64,000 nt of DNA. It comes from Nemertoderma westbladi. Its lineage: Eukaryota; Animalia; Xenacoelomorpha. The DNA is taken from contig JAUCBJ010004729.1 in the NCBI GenBank assembly GCA_032718475.1, forward strand, positions 1-64,000, written 5' to 3'. This document shows, piece after piece, positions 53,126 to 64,000 of the stretch. How positions within the stretch are numbered: the first letter of the stretch is position 1; every line of letters starts with the position of its first letter. The notes under the pieces were generated by a model. The model was not told where the DNA came from. It did not search any database and was given only the letters and a program-made list of their open reading frames with translations. The translations under genes and the position numbers were made by a program.

Positions 53126-53814
53126 GTAAGGAATTATAGCTTGTTTCAGTTAGGTCTATATTGCATATTCTCAAATTAATTAATCACATTTCGCATTCAA
53201 AATAACTTAAACAAAATAACTTAAAATAAAATAAAATAAAATTATAATATATATATATTTATATATATATATATTAATCTGAATTAAAAAAAACGTATAA
53301 CTAATTAATATTATAACTGTAGGGTGTGAGTACCATTTGTATGCAATAAAGAATATATTGTTAAAATAAATAAATAACAAAAAAAATAATAATGAAAAAA
53401 ACAATTTTAAGTCATTGAAAGTCAGTTGATTTTTATTTTAACCACGATTCTTTACATATAAAAAAAGTAAAAGTAAATTTTCTGAAGTAAATTTCTTGCA
53501 AATTCTGACGACTTATTTACTTACTTCAAGCACACGCGCCGAATTGTTTTAGCTCTGCAAACATGAGAACGCCCACGCCCTGCAGCGGTTGAATTCAAAG
53601 TTCGATTGTGAGGTCACGAAGGATGGCCGAACACCACTATGGAATAACTTGGTAGCGTGAACAGCTATCTTTCCCGTTGTATGAAACTGGACAGGAAGGG
53701 GGATTCAGCTTCACTGTCTCATATAATAAATAGTTGATTTCAACTATTCAAAAAGTTACTATGCTAATGTATCTGTTAAAACACTATGGTTTGTTAATAT
53801 TTGTTGTTTTGTAG

Positions 53815-53880
53815 AATGCCCCACTGTCTTGTCTACCACTGCACCCACAACATTTCCACCTATGACAACAACTACACCCG
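53815..53880 (+). CDS. Module 3 exon B (PT linker)
   Basis: ttttgtag| ... G|GTAAGT, 66 nt, phase 1-1; ECPTVLSTTAPTTFPPMTTTTP. Confidence 0.82.
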
Positions 53881-54562
53881 GTAAGTTCATATGATTAAGT
53901 TAATTAATTTAAATTTGAAGTACTTTACCGTCTTTTCCATGTTTGTGTTGAAAATATAGAGCATCAAGCATATAGCTTGAATTTAATTAGTATTTATTTA
54001 ATTAGACCGGTAGAATCATATTCGTCAACTTGCCATAAACATGTAGGTCGTCTTCATATATGATGTTGATTAATGTCGAATCGAGTGATTTTTGCATGAC
54101 TGTGAATTATATTGAAGAATTTAATTTAGACTTTTATTTACTTTTATTTTTGACTTCTTAATTAATTAGCAGATTGGTGGGAAGTCATTCACTGCGATTC
54201 AGGCATCAATGTCAAATGTCCATTGATATTATTTTTAAATATGTTCAAGCAACATTCAGATTGACCAACAGTTAGACAATAATAAATTGATTAAAACAAA
54301 TTGTAGTAAAATGATGTACAACTGTCTCCACTAACACAACACTTGTACTCTATATTTGGTTATTCTGGTACAGTTATGCTGATGAACTGAAGAGACTCTA
54401 GTGCCCTTTGGTCTGTCTAGGATCCCTTCTGCTATACCTTGTTTATCATTGCAATCTTAGGACTGAACCAACTAAACATTTTTCAGATATTGACACATTA
54501 TTTACAACATAATGTTTATTTTTACACATTCGAAATAATTTACCCATTTATTTCAACTGCAG

Positions 54563-54721
54563 AATGTGATTGTTGTCCAAATTCCCAAGAGATACCGATA
54601 GATGCATACCTTGGTACAAGCAACGTGGAAGATGCTGCCTTTGGCGAGCCCGGATTCGTCCTGCACAATAATCTCGCAGATTCTCACATCACACTGAAAC
54701 TTCAAGCTCCTAACGGAAGTC
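54563..54721 (+). CDS. Module 3 exon C-a
   Basis: ctgcag| ... C|GTTAGT; ECDCCPNSQEIPIDAYLGTS...LADSHITL, homologous to IPIANYLGTS...LAESHITL. Confidence 0.82.
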
Positions 54722-55209
54722 GTTAGTACATCAATTTACTTTGCCAATTTACAATGTATTATAATATCAAAGACATTCAGTATCATGTCCAATATTAGAT
54801 ATAATTAATATAACAAATTATAAATAAATTATATGTCCACGAAATTTGAAGAAATATTTGAGTCTCAAATATGTTTGATTTATCAATATCTTAATTGATC
54901 TCTTTGAAATGGTGCTCGGCTGAATTAATCCATAGCATTAATAATAATATGCTGCACAATTATACACTACACATTTTGCTGATATGTTTAATAATAATAA
55001 GACACTTCCTTAGGGGACAGTTGCCATTTCCCCATAATTATTTGCAATTGTGAAATCCGATCAACTGCTGGTGAAATGTTTGATATTGAGAAACCTATTA
55101 TTTAGCCTGAATCTCAAATTAATGCATGATGTTCCTTGATATACATTCCTACCTATTATTGGTATTTAATTTACAATATGAAATTTAATAATAATTCATA
55201 ATGTTTCAG

Positions 55210-55430
55210 CCACTCATGCCATCTGGACGATCAAGTCAATTGAAACCGAAATCCGAAATCCCGATGCGACATCAGCGAAACTGCGCTATCGTTTCCTCTT
55301 TAGTTACCGTGACTACCATGAAGGTGGCACCGACAGATTAGATAAATACTATGAGTTTGCTCTAGATGGATCGATTATACCCGCCCCACCAATAGTATCA
55401 GATCTGGCCGATCTAGAAGGAAAAGTTCAG
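55210..55430 (+). CDS. Module 3 exon C-b
   Basis: tttcag| ... CAG|GTACTG, phase 1-0; AIWTIKSIETEIRNP...DKYYEF...IPAPPI...LEGKVQ matches the second half of exon C. Confidence 0.83.
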
Positions 55431-56140
55431 GTACTGTAAATGTATATAAATAAAAAAAAAAAAATAAAAAAAAAAAAAAGTAAATATAAATGTATGAGTG
55501 CAAGATATAGACTGGTACAATCTTACTGTAGTATTCAATGCAATCACTGGTGCAGCAATCAATTAAATAGAGCCTACATAACATACTTTAGGTAATCGTA
55601 GGTCTCAGTACCGGAATGCCAAAACTGTATGTTAACAATTTAATAGTCGGTAACAGTACGAGTAGGTTCACACAGATTAGCACACAATACAGTCGCTACG
55701 CTACAATCAACCATAAATGAAAAAAGAAGAGAAATTAGAACCACTACATATGTATTATAGGCCCATTATAATATAACACAATAGTAGTGAAATATAATGT
55801 TTAGACATGAAATTATTTCTATAAATAAATATTTATGTTTTCGAATAGAATAATTACATTATTGTCAATTTCTTTTAAATCGTCTTTCGTTTTAAATCGT
55901 CTTTCGTTAAATCGTCTATATTCTTATAAAGTTATATGATAAATTTTGAAGTAAATAGTTTAATGAGTAATGTTATAATGCATCCTATTTCATATTAGAA
56001 GGTGTTACTGTAATAATATTATGTAGTTTAGTTGATTATATTTATTTAAATTTTGATTCAATTCAATTTTGATTCAGGCCAACTACCTGAATACACAACG
56101 TCAACTGCAGGCATACGCATGCCTACTGCATACATACACT

Positions 56141-56772
56141 ACTACTACTACTACTACTAGGATCGGCATGCTGCATTGCAGCTGCATTTTTAAGAATGAT
56201 GTGCCGGCTTGTCGACAAAATTGCGCCGCCACAACTCCCAATCACCCATGACATTTGCTGGATCATCCGCATCTTCAAGGCCAGTGTCCTTTAAGATGCG
56301 TCTCAAGAGAGTCATGGACTGTCCACCATGCTTATTCACTGCACTGGATGGTCCCCACGGCGAAAGCAATGTCCTGCAAAGTGGAGGCGACTTTGTTCTA
56401 GTGTCAAGCTTGGGGGAACCAATGAGACACCTCCAATGTTATATAGTGTCTGGTTGGAGATGTGTGCATTGTACTTGACAGTTGACACAATGAACCCGGC
56501 GTAGCATTCTTGTGAATGTGACATCCAGAGATATTTGGTATCCTCAGCAGTTAGAGCCCAGCATGGACTCACATAGAGGAGTACTGGAACTACTGCTGAT
56601 CTAAATAATCGGACCTTAAGTTTCCGATTAAATCTCTGTGACTTCCAAATCCTGGAAAGCCTATTCAAGTCTGCCCATGCCTTTCCCTTACTTTTACTTT
56701 TCCTTTTCGAAGGTCCTCACCTGACTTCTGGATCCATGATCCCAGGTAACAGAAGTCGTCCACATGCTCAAG
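56141..56772 (-). mobile_element. 5'-truncated RTE-like LINE copy with (TAG)n tail
   Basis: Reverse complement of about 57578-58206 with small deletions; (CTA)n run at 56138-56159. Confidence 0.87.
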
Positions 56773-57097
56773 TATACACAGGCCAACTGAATGCATATAC
56801 AGGCCAACTGCATGCATACACGGGCCAACTGAATGCATACACACACAGGTCAACTGCCTGAATACACAGGCCAACTGCATGCATACGCATGCCTACTGCA
56901 TGCATACACGGGCCAACTGAATGCATATACAGGCCAACTGCATGCATACACAGGCCAACTCCCTGAATGCAAAGGCCAACTGCATCCATACGCATGCCTA
57001 CTGCATGCATACACTGGCCTACTGCATGCATACACTGGCCTACTGCATGCATACACAGGCCAACTGAATGCATACACAGGTCAACTGCCTGAATGAA

Positions 57098-58206
57098 TGT
57101 TCAGCATACTTTCATTATATGGGATTCCTGATGAAATTATTGCAGTAATCAGATCAGTATACGATGGTTCGACAACATTTGTGTCTACTGTTGATGGTGA
57201 CACAGAACCATTTGAAGTGTTATGGGGCGTCCTCCAAGGAGACACACTTGCACCATTCTTGTTCATTATTGTGGTTGACTATGTTCTACGCATGTCCTTA
57301 GATCATCATAATGATGATGGGGTGATGATAACTCCACCTACTGGCTCCAGAAGTCGAGGAAATCCTGCCAAGTACCTAACTGATCTAGACTTTGCTGATG
57401 ACTTAGGAGTACTCTCAGAATCATTAGAGGGAGCCCAACGGCTCCTCAGCTCATTAGAACATGCTGCTTCTAGTGTTGGTCTTTTTATTAACTCCAGAAA
57501 GACCAAAATTATGACAGTTAACTTTGAAAGTCCTCAGCAAGTCTCTGATCGGATGAGCATAAGCTCAAAGGATGGTATGCTTGAGCATGTGGACGACTTC
57601 TGTTACCTGGGATCATGGATCCGGAAGTCAGGTGAGGACCTTCGAATACGTAAGGGAAAGGCATGGGCAGCCTTGAATAGGCTTTCCAGGATTTGGAAGT
57701 CACCGACAATTAATAGGAAACTTAAGGTCCGATTATTTAGAGCAGCAGTAGTTCCAGTACTCCTCTATGGGAGTCCCTGCTGGGCTCTAACTGCTGAGGA
57801 TACCAAATCTCTCGATGGCACATTCACAGCAATGCTACGCCGGGTTCATTGTGTCAAGTACAATGCACACATCTCCAACCAGACACTATATAACATTGGA
57901 GGTGTCTCATTGGTTCCCCCAAGCTTGACACTAGAACAAAATCGCCTCCGCTTTGCAGGACATTGCTTTCGCCGTGAGGACCAGCCAGTGCATAATCTTG
58001 TACTTTGGCAGCCTCATGGAGTGAATAAGCATGGTGGACAGCCCATGACTTTCTTGAGACGCATCTTAAAGGACACAGGCCTTAAAGATGCGGATGATCC
58101 AGCAAATGTCATGGGTGATAGGGAGTTGTGGCGGTGCAATTTTGTTGACAAGCCGGCACAGCATTCCTAAAAATGCAGCTGCAATGCAGCATGCCGATCC
58201 TAGTAG
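57098..58206 (+). mobile_element. 5'-truncated RTE-like LINE with open RT C-terminal half
   Basis: ORF 57097..58170 with GVLQGDTLAPFLF, LDFADD, GLFINSRKTK, FCYLGS and RLRFAGH; TAGTAG tail; apparent TSD GCCTGAATGAA at 57087-57097 and 58206-58216. Confidence 0.9.
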
Positions 58207-58485
58207 CCTGAATGAACAGGCCAACTGCATGCATACGCAAGCCAAACTGAATGCATACACAGGTCAACTGCCTGAATGCCCAGGCCAACGGCATGCATAC
58301 GCATGCCTACTGCATGCATACACGGGCCAACTGAATGCATATACTGGCCAACTGCCTGAATGCACAGGCCAACTGCATGCATACGCATGCCTACTGGATG
58401 CATACACGGGCCAACTGAATGTATATACAGGCCAACTGCATGCATACACAGGCCAACTGCCTGAATAGACAGGCCAACTGCATTC

Positions 58486-58628
58486 AAGGTTCCACCTTGG
58501 TGTAGGGGTTGCATTGAATTCACATCTCCCGAAGGTCGTCGGTTCGATTCTCACATGGGCCAGGGCAGTTTTCGTTTCGGCACGAATGCTTTAAAGGGAC
58601 CAGCCGGGGCGCATCTCTGCCTTGCATC
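58486..58628 (+). mobile_element. tRNA-derived SINE-like fragment inside the minisatellite
   Basis: A-box-like TGGTGTAGGGG (58498-58508) and B box GGTTCGATTCT (58541-58551). Confidence 0.5.
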
Positions 58629-60882
58629 ATGCATACACAGGCCAACTGCCTGAATGCACAGTTCAACTGCATGCATACGCATGCCAACTGAATGCATACA
58701 CAGGTCAACTGCCTGAATGCCCAGGCCAACTGCATGCACACGGGCCAACTGAATGCATATACAGGCCAACTGCATGCACACGCATGCCTATTGCATGCAT
58801 ACACAGGCCTACTGCATTCATACACTGGCATACTGCATGCATACACAGGCCAACGGAATGCATACACAGGTCAACTGCCTGAATGCACAGGCCAACTGCA
58901 TGCATACGCATGCCTACTGCATGCATAAACGGGCCAACTGAATGCATATACAGGCCAACTGCATGCGTACACATGCCAACTGCCTGAATACACAGGCCAA
59001 CTGCATGCATACGCATGCCTATTGCATGTATACACAGGCAAACTGCCTGAATGCAAAGACCAACTCCATGCATACGCATGTCTACTGCATGCATACACTG
59101 GCCTACTGCATGCATACACTGACCTACTGCATGCATATGCGGGCCAACTGAATGCATACACAGGCCTACTGCATGCATACACTGGCCTACTGCATGCATA
59201 CGCATGCCTACTGCATGCATACACTGACCTACTGCATGCATACACTGGCCTACTGCATGCATACACTGGCCTACTGCATGCATACACAGACCAACTGAAT
59301 GCATACACAGGCTTACTGCATGCATACACTGGCCTACTGCATGCATACGCATGCCTACTGCATGCATACACTGGCCTACTGCATGCATACACTGGCCTAC
59401 TGCATGCATATACTGGCCTACTGCATGCATACACAGGCCAACTGAATGCATACACAGGTCAACTGCCTGAATGCACAGGCCAACTGCATGCATACGCATG
59501 CCAACTGAATGAATACACAGGTCAACTGCCTGAATGCCCAGGCCAACTGCATGCATACGCATGCCTACTGCATGCATACACTGGCCTACTGCATGCATAC
59601 ACAGGCCAACTGAATGCATACACAGGCATACTGCATGCATACACTGGCCTACTACATGCATACACTGACCTACTGCATGCATATACGGGCCAACTGAATG
59701 CATACACAGGCCTACTGCATGCATACACTGGCCTACTGCATGCATACGCATGCCTACTGCATGCATACACTGGCCTACTGCATGCATACACTGGCCTACT
59801 GCATGCATACACTGGCCTACTGCATGCATACACAGGCCAACTGAATACATACACAGGTCAACTGCCTGAATGCACAGGCCAACTGCATGCATACGCATGC
59901 CAACTGAATGAATACACAGGTCAACTGCCTGAATGCCCAGGCCAACTGCATGCATACGCATGCCTACTGCATGCATACACTGGCCTACTGCATGCATACA
60001 CAGGCCAACTGAATGCATACACAGGTCAACTGCCTGAATGCATAGGCCAACTGCATGCATACGCATGCCAACTGAATGCATACACAGGTCAACTGTCTGA
60101 ATGCACAGGCCAACTGCATGCATACGCATGCCTACTGCATGCATACATGGGCCAACTGAATGCATATACAGGCCAACTGCATGCGTACACATGCCAACTG
60201 CCTGAATACACAGGCCAACTGCATGCATACGCATGCCTATTGCATGCATACACAGGCCAACTGCCTGAATACAAAGGCAAACTGCATGCATACGCATGTC
60301 TACTGCATGCATACACAGGCCTACCGCATGCATACACTGGCCTACTGCATGCATACAATGGCCTACTGCATGCTTACACTGGCGTACTGTATGCATACGC
60401 TGGCCTACTGTATGCATACGCTGGCCTACTGCATGCATACACTGGCCTACTGCATGCATACGCTGGCCTACTGCATGCATACGCTGGCCTACTGCATGCA
60501 TACGCTGGCCTACTGCATGCATACACTGGCCTACTGCAAGCATACACAGACCAACTGCATTCTGCATCGTTTATTTTTGTTTTTGTAAACCACCCTCTCC
60601 CGCCTCATATCATAATGACACTCATCTTCATACAGTCATATCTAATATAAAATGTGATAATATGTAATAAGATAATAATTACATATATCTGACCGAATAA
60701 CATAACTGACTGACACCGTACTACTGTCCTATCAGACTAGCTGACTGTCCTACCGGTACATAATAATATATATAACTGACAGACGTCAAATACTGTAGTT
60801 TCCGGTAATCCTCCTTCACTCCCGTCACCACATACAGTACTAGAACGTAAGGTCTATCTATATAAGTCTCTACATTTTGTAG

Positions 60883-61033
60883 ATATTCGATGCATCACGA
60901 CTTGCTGGTAGTGACAACGCCCGTGTAACGATTGACCTACCTAACTGCGCTGCTGTTGGGCTCATTAAAATCAAGTTCATTCAACCAGCTGAGGGTCAAC
61001 GTATCAATATCCGTCTTACTGGCTGTGATGGAA
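60883..61033 (+). CDS. Module 3 exon D
   Basis: ttttgtag| ... A|GTAAGT, phase 0-1; IFDASRLAGSDNARVTIDLPNCAAVGLIKIKFIQPAEGQRINIRLTGCDG. Confidence 0.86.
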
Positions 61034-61255
61034 GTAAGTCTGCGCCAATACATACATGTGAAGAATAATGTTACTAATATTGTAGGTCGTAGGTCTGATC
61101 ATCATAAATCTACTCAACAGGGAGTATTTTAAACATAATGGCCATTGTACCTAATTGTTGTCGGTTTAAATTATTAATAGTTTTACATCTGTTAAATATT
61201 ATACTTTTTTTTATAGCTACTGGTAATTCTATCTCCATATTTACTTGTGTTTCAG

Positions 61256-61374
61256 ATTGTCTGCTGCCATTCCCCAACCCATATACGACAAGATACTTTC
61301 CTTTCGGTTATGGTTCTGATATTGATGTGGATTCAAGAGGATGGAATCCAGATGTTTCTACAAATAACCAAAAG
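61256..61374 (+). CDS. Module 3 exon E-a
   Basis: gtttcag| ... AAG|GTGGAT, phase 1-0; CLLPFPNP...DIDVDSRGWNPDVSTNNQK, homologous to CLVPYPN...DIDPDYDGWNP. Confidence 0.78.
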
Positions 61375-61664
61375 GTGGATTTCCTACATTCAATTCATCA
61401 AAATATAATAATATATGTAATAATATGTAACTAACTACATTACGACCGCGGACTCTTTGTTAAAAATGTACCAAGATTTTACTCGAGCTACAATTTAGTG
61501 GAATTGTGTAAATGGCTTTGTTGTTATTATAAATTATGATTACTGTAGGCACAATTCAACATGAGCGTTTGTGGAGTTATAGTTGGTGTTTATATACTGT
61601 AATTAGAAAAAAACTAGCTCAACTCAGTTTATATGAATAATATGGATGGCCTATTTTACTGAAG

Positions 61665-61874
61665 GTTCGAGTATTTAATCTACGCGAAAAATTCGACATG
61701 AGCGGAATTGTGATCTTCCACCATGGTAACAATGTCTACAACGGAGGTCTGCGTTATCGAATCGTATTTTCAGATGATTACTTCCCTGAAAATGCTATGG
61801 AACTCACCAACAGCGATGCCCTCCAGGCTGTTGACTCTTTCCCACAATGGCTCAATGGCTCTCCTAATTCAAAG
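61665..61874 (+). CDS. Module 3 exon E-b
   Basis: Weak AAG acceptor, AAG|GTTATT donor, phase 0-0; VRVFNL...MELTNSDALQ...QWLNGSPNSK matches FRGFNL...VELTESGSL...QWINGKPDSK. Confidence 0.75.
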
Positions 61875-62519
61875 GTTATTCTATGTTTATTGATATATTG
61901 CAGTATTGTTTACTACTGCTAGTATGAAAAATTGATTTTTGTAATGCTGGTGATATCAAGTTCAATTTTAGGGGCATTTTAGAATTCCCGAAATTATTTT
62001 TAATGGTCATGCATTTTGAAATTCCAAAATTTGAATTTTCTCCCTAGCCTGCTTGATATATAACAAAGTCATTAGCCTAGGAGATTGGATCTAATGGTAT
62101 TTATATATTAGAACTAATTGGGTCTACTAATGGCGTATCATGGTTAAAACTAGTGCACTTTGGAGGAAGTATATTATTATTATTATTATAAATACCACAT
62201 TTAGTTGTGGTTATTGTTTTTTGCAAATTTTTACTACGTAATTTATTTAGATTTGCAAATATATGAGACTTGAAAGTAAAAAAAATTATATATTTATTGA
62301 CCACGAGTACTTTAAGAATGCATCACACACACATATAATTAGACCTCGCTATTTAATATTAGTTTTATTAATTAAATGCATCTAAATTTAATTAATTTCT
62401 TAAAAATTATTAAAAAGCTTGAGTTAATGCAATATAGCACAGTGAAGCACACTAACTAAATTAATATAAACTACCTACCTAACTATATACAAAAGTACAA
62501 AATCAGTCTAACCCGCTGA

Positions 62520-64000
62520 GTCAGTATGGGGCGCAGGGGCAGCTGGCGACAAAACCTCGTCGTAGAGGCCGTCGGACAGAGGGTCCATGGAGCCGAGGAT
62601 GGAGGCCGTGTTGCCGATCAAGATGGCTACGAGGAGGCATTGGAGGAGGAACCGATGGGATCGCGGCTCCTGAGTGGCTGCGTGGAGGCGTTGGCCAACC
62701 TCCTTAAGGAATGCAGCCGTCTCAGGACCGGGCCGACCGAAGGTCTCGAATGCTACCGGGTAGAAGAGGTAGCTCCCTCAGATGGTCAGTTCCTCGTATT
62801 TCTTTATCTTTGAGTTTTCCGCCTCCTCGACAACACGGCGGCCGGCCTGCGTGCTCTGGACGAGATGACTGGGAGCGAGGGGATCGACAACGGTCGCATC
62901 CCAGGTCATCAGCCGGCACCCACTCCACGATTCAAGGGTAACGCCATCGACACGCTTCCTATCAGCTCTACACAACCCCACCGGTTCAAGGCAAGCTCTA
63001 ACCCCACAGGAACCCAAAGCACGTTTCACAATGTCGTTTAACATAGAGTGGCGTGGCAGCCTTCCGGTGCTTCTCACACAAGATGGTCCGTGGAGACCAT
63101 CCGGTCTTACTTCGGATCCGCACCGGGAGCACCTGTGGGGTTCGGTTACCTTGCAACCGAGGCATGTGGCGACTAAAACCCTGAACTGGGAGTCCGTGAG
63201 TTTCAGCCCTAGCGAGCTGATGGGAATTGCGTCCAGCCAACAACCGGATACCGGGTCGTCGACGACATTAAGGTGGGCGATCTCGAGTGGCGTTGTTGTG
63301 GCCGCCCGCAGTGCCACGCGGTTCGCCTCATGGAGTGGCTCCATCCAGGCCCTCTGTATGGTGGTGTCGGTTGGTGTGGTGGTTCCGGTGGGGAGGGTGG
63401 CCTTCCACACCTCGTGGGCGCGTGGTACCGAGGCGGGTTGTCTGGAGGGCTCGAATAAGCGGCTCGAGAGAGCAGTGCACGCAGCAGCTGAAGCCAAGTA
63501 GGCGGAAGGTGCTAGCTGCAGTGCAGAGCTCAACCCGAGGCCACCCATACGGGCTGGGAGACAGGATTGGACCCACGCTGAGTCTGAGATCCGGGTGTTT
63601 GCGATCTTCTGGAGGGCAACCCGCAGAGTTGAGTCGTACTCCTCCAGGAGTCCCGAGTGCTGGAAGCAAGGCACGGTGCGGAGGAAGTAGGTGAGCCAGG
63701 GGATGGCGAAGGAATGACAGAGGATGAAGTACGCGTGGTGAGAGTCGAGGAGGTGCAGCCAGCTGGCGAGTGTGGCGAGGTCTCCCGCCTTCTCCCGAAG
63801 GCAGGATACGGTGGCGGCGACCCCGATGGGGGCACCGAGCATCGCCAGGTCCTCGAGCGGGCGGACCTGGATGCCCACACAGACCTCGTCGAACTTGCCA
63901 CGGATGCGCGCGCGGGACTCGTCGGACTCGGCGCCAAGGAAGAAGAGATCGCTCTTTGCAGGGTTGATAACGAGTCCGCACTTCCTCCCCTCCTCTATCA
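62520..64000 (-). mobile_element. CRE-like non-LTR retrotransposon, 3' part (RT tail, Zn finger, REL endonuclease); continues beyond the window
   Basis: ORF 62778..63878: LGAPIG, LPARMGGLG, CSRCG...HGPSC, RHSMLNDIV, RVDG, WDATVVD, KIKKY; continues after a frameshift as YPVAFETFG. Confidence 0.82.

Larger units (their letters stand above)
56773..60560. repeat. About 21-bp minisatellite (ACTGCATGCATACACWGGCCW and variants), interrupted by a LINE and a SINE
   Basis: Arrays at 56773-57097, 58206-58485 and 58628-60560; a remnant at 56075-56140. Confidence 0.93.

Noticed and set aside
58705-60650. ORFs of 542 and 620 aa (LHAYTGL / MHAVGQC repeats)
   Set aside because: Translation of a 21-bp satellite whose unit length is a multiple of three; no splice connection to the gene.

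Overview
AT-rich animal genomic DNA, probably from an invertebrate; the taxon cannot be fixed from the sequence. The whole window is the interior of one giant, spliced, plus-strand mucin-like gene with no start or stop codon in view. Manual GT-AG splicing gives 24 in-frame exons (about 16.7 kb CDS, about 5,570 aa). They form tandem modules: a 3.7-4.2 kb Pro/Thr/Ser repeat exon, a Cys-flanked globular domain A, a short PT linker, then domains C/D and E/F. The globular domains look like highly divergent F5/8 type C (discoidin) folds. Modules 1 and 2 are near-identical; module 3 is a diverged paralogue with three additional introns. The introns hold a 12.1 kb, very young, non-autonomous BEL/Pao LTR element (Gag-protease only, CTGAG TSD), two CRE-like and two RTE-like LINE pieces, an L2-like fragment, MITEs, tRNA-derived SINE heads and several minisatellites. 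The most unusual points are a compensated frameshift that turns a block of O-glycan repeat into an N-sequon repeat, a repeat exon open in all three forward frames, intron loss/gain between modules, a GTAAGT array and a UGCAUG array. All family assignments are from motif recognition by eye, not database searches.
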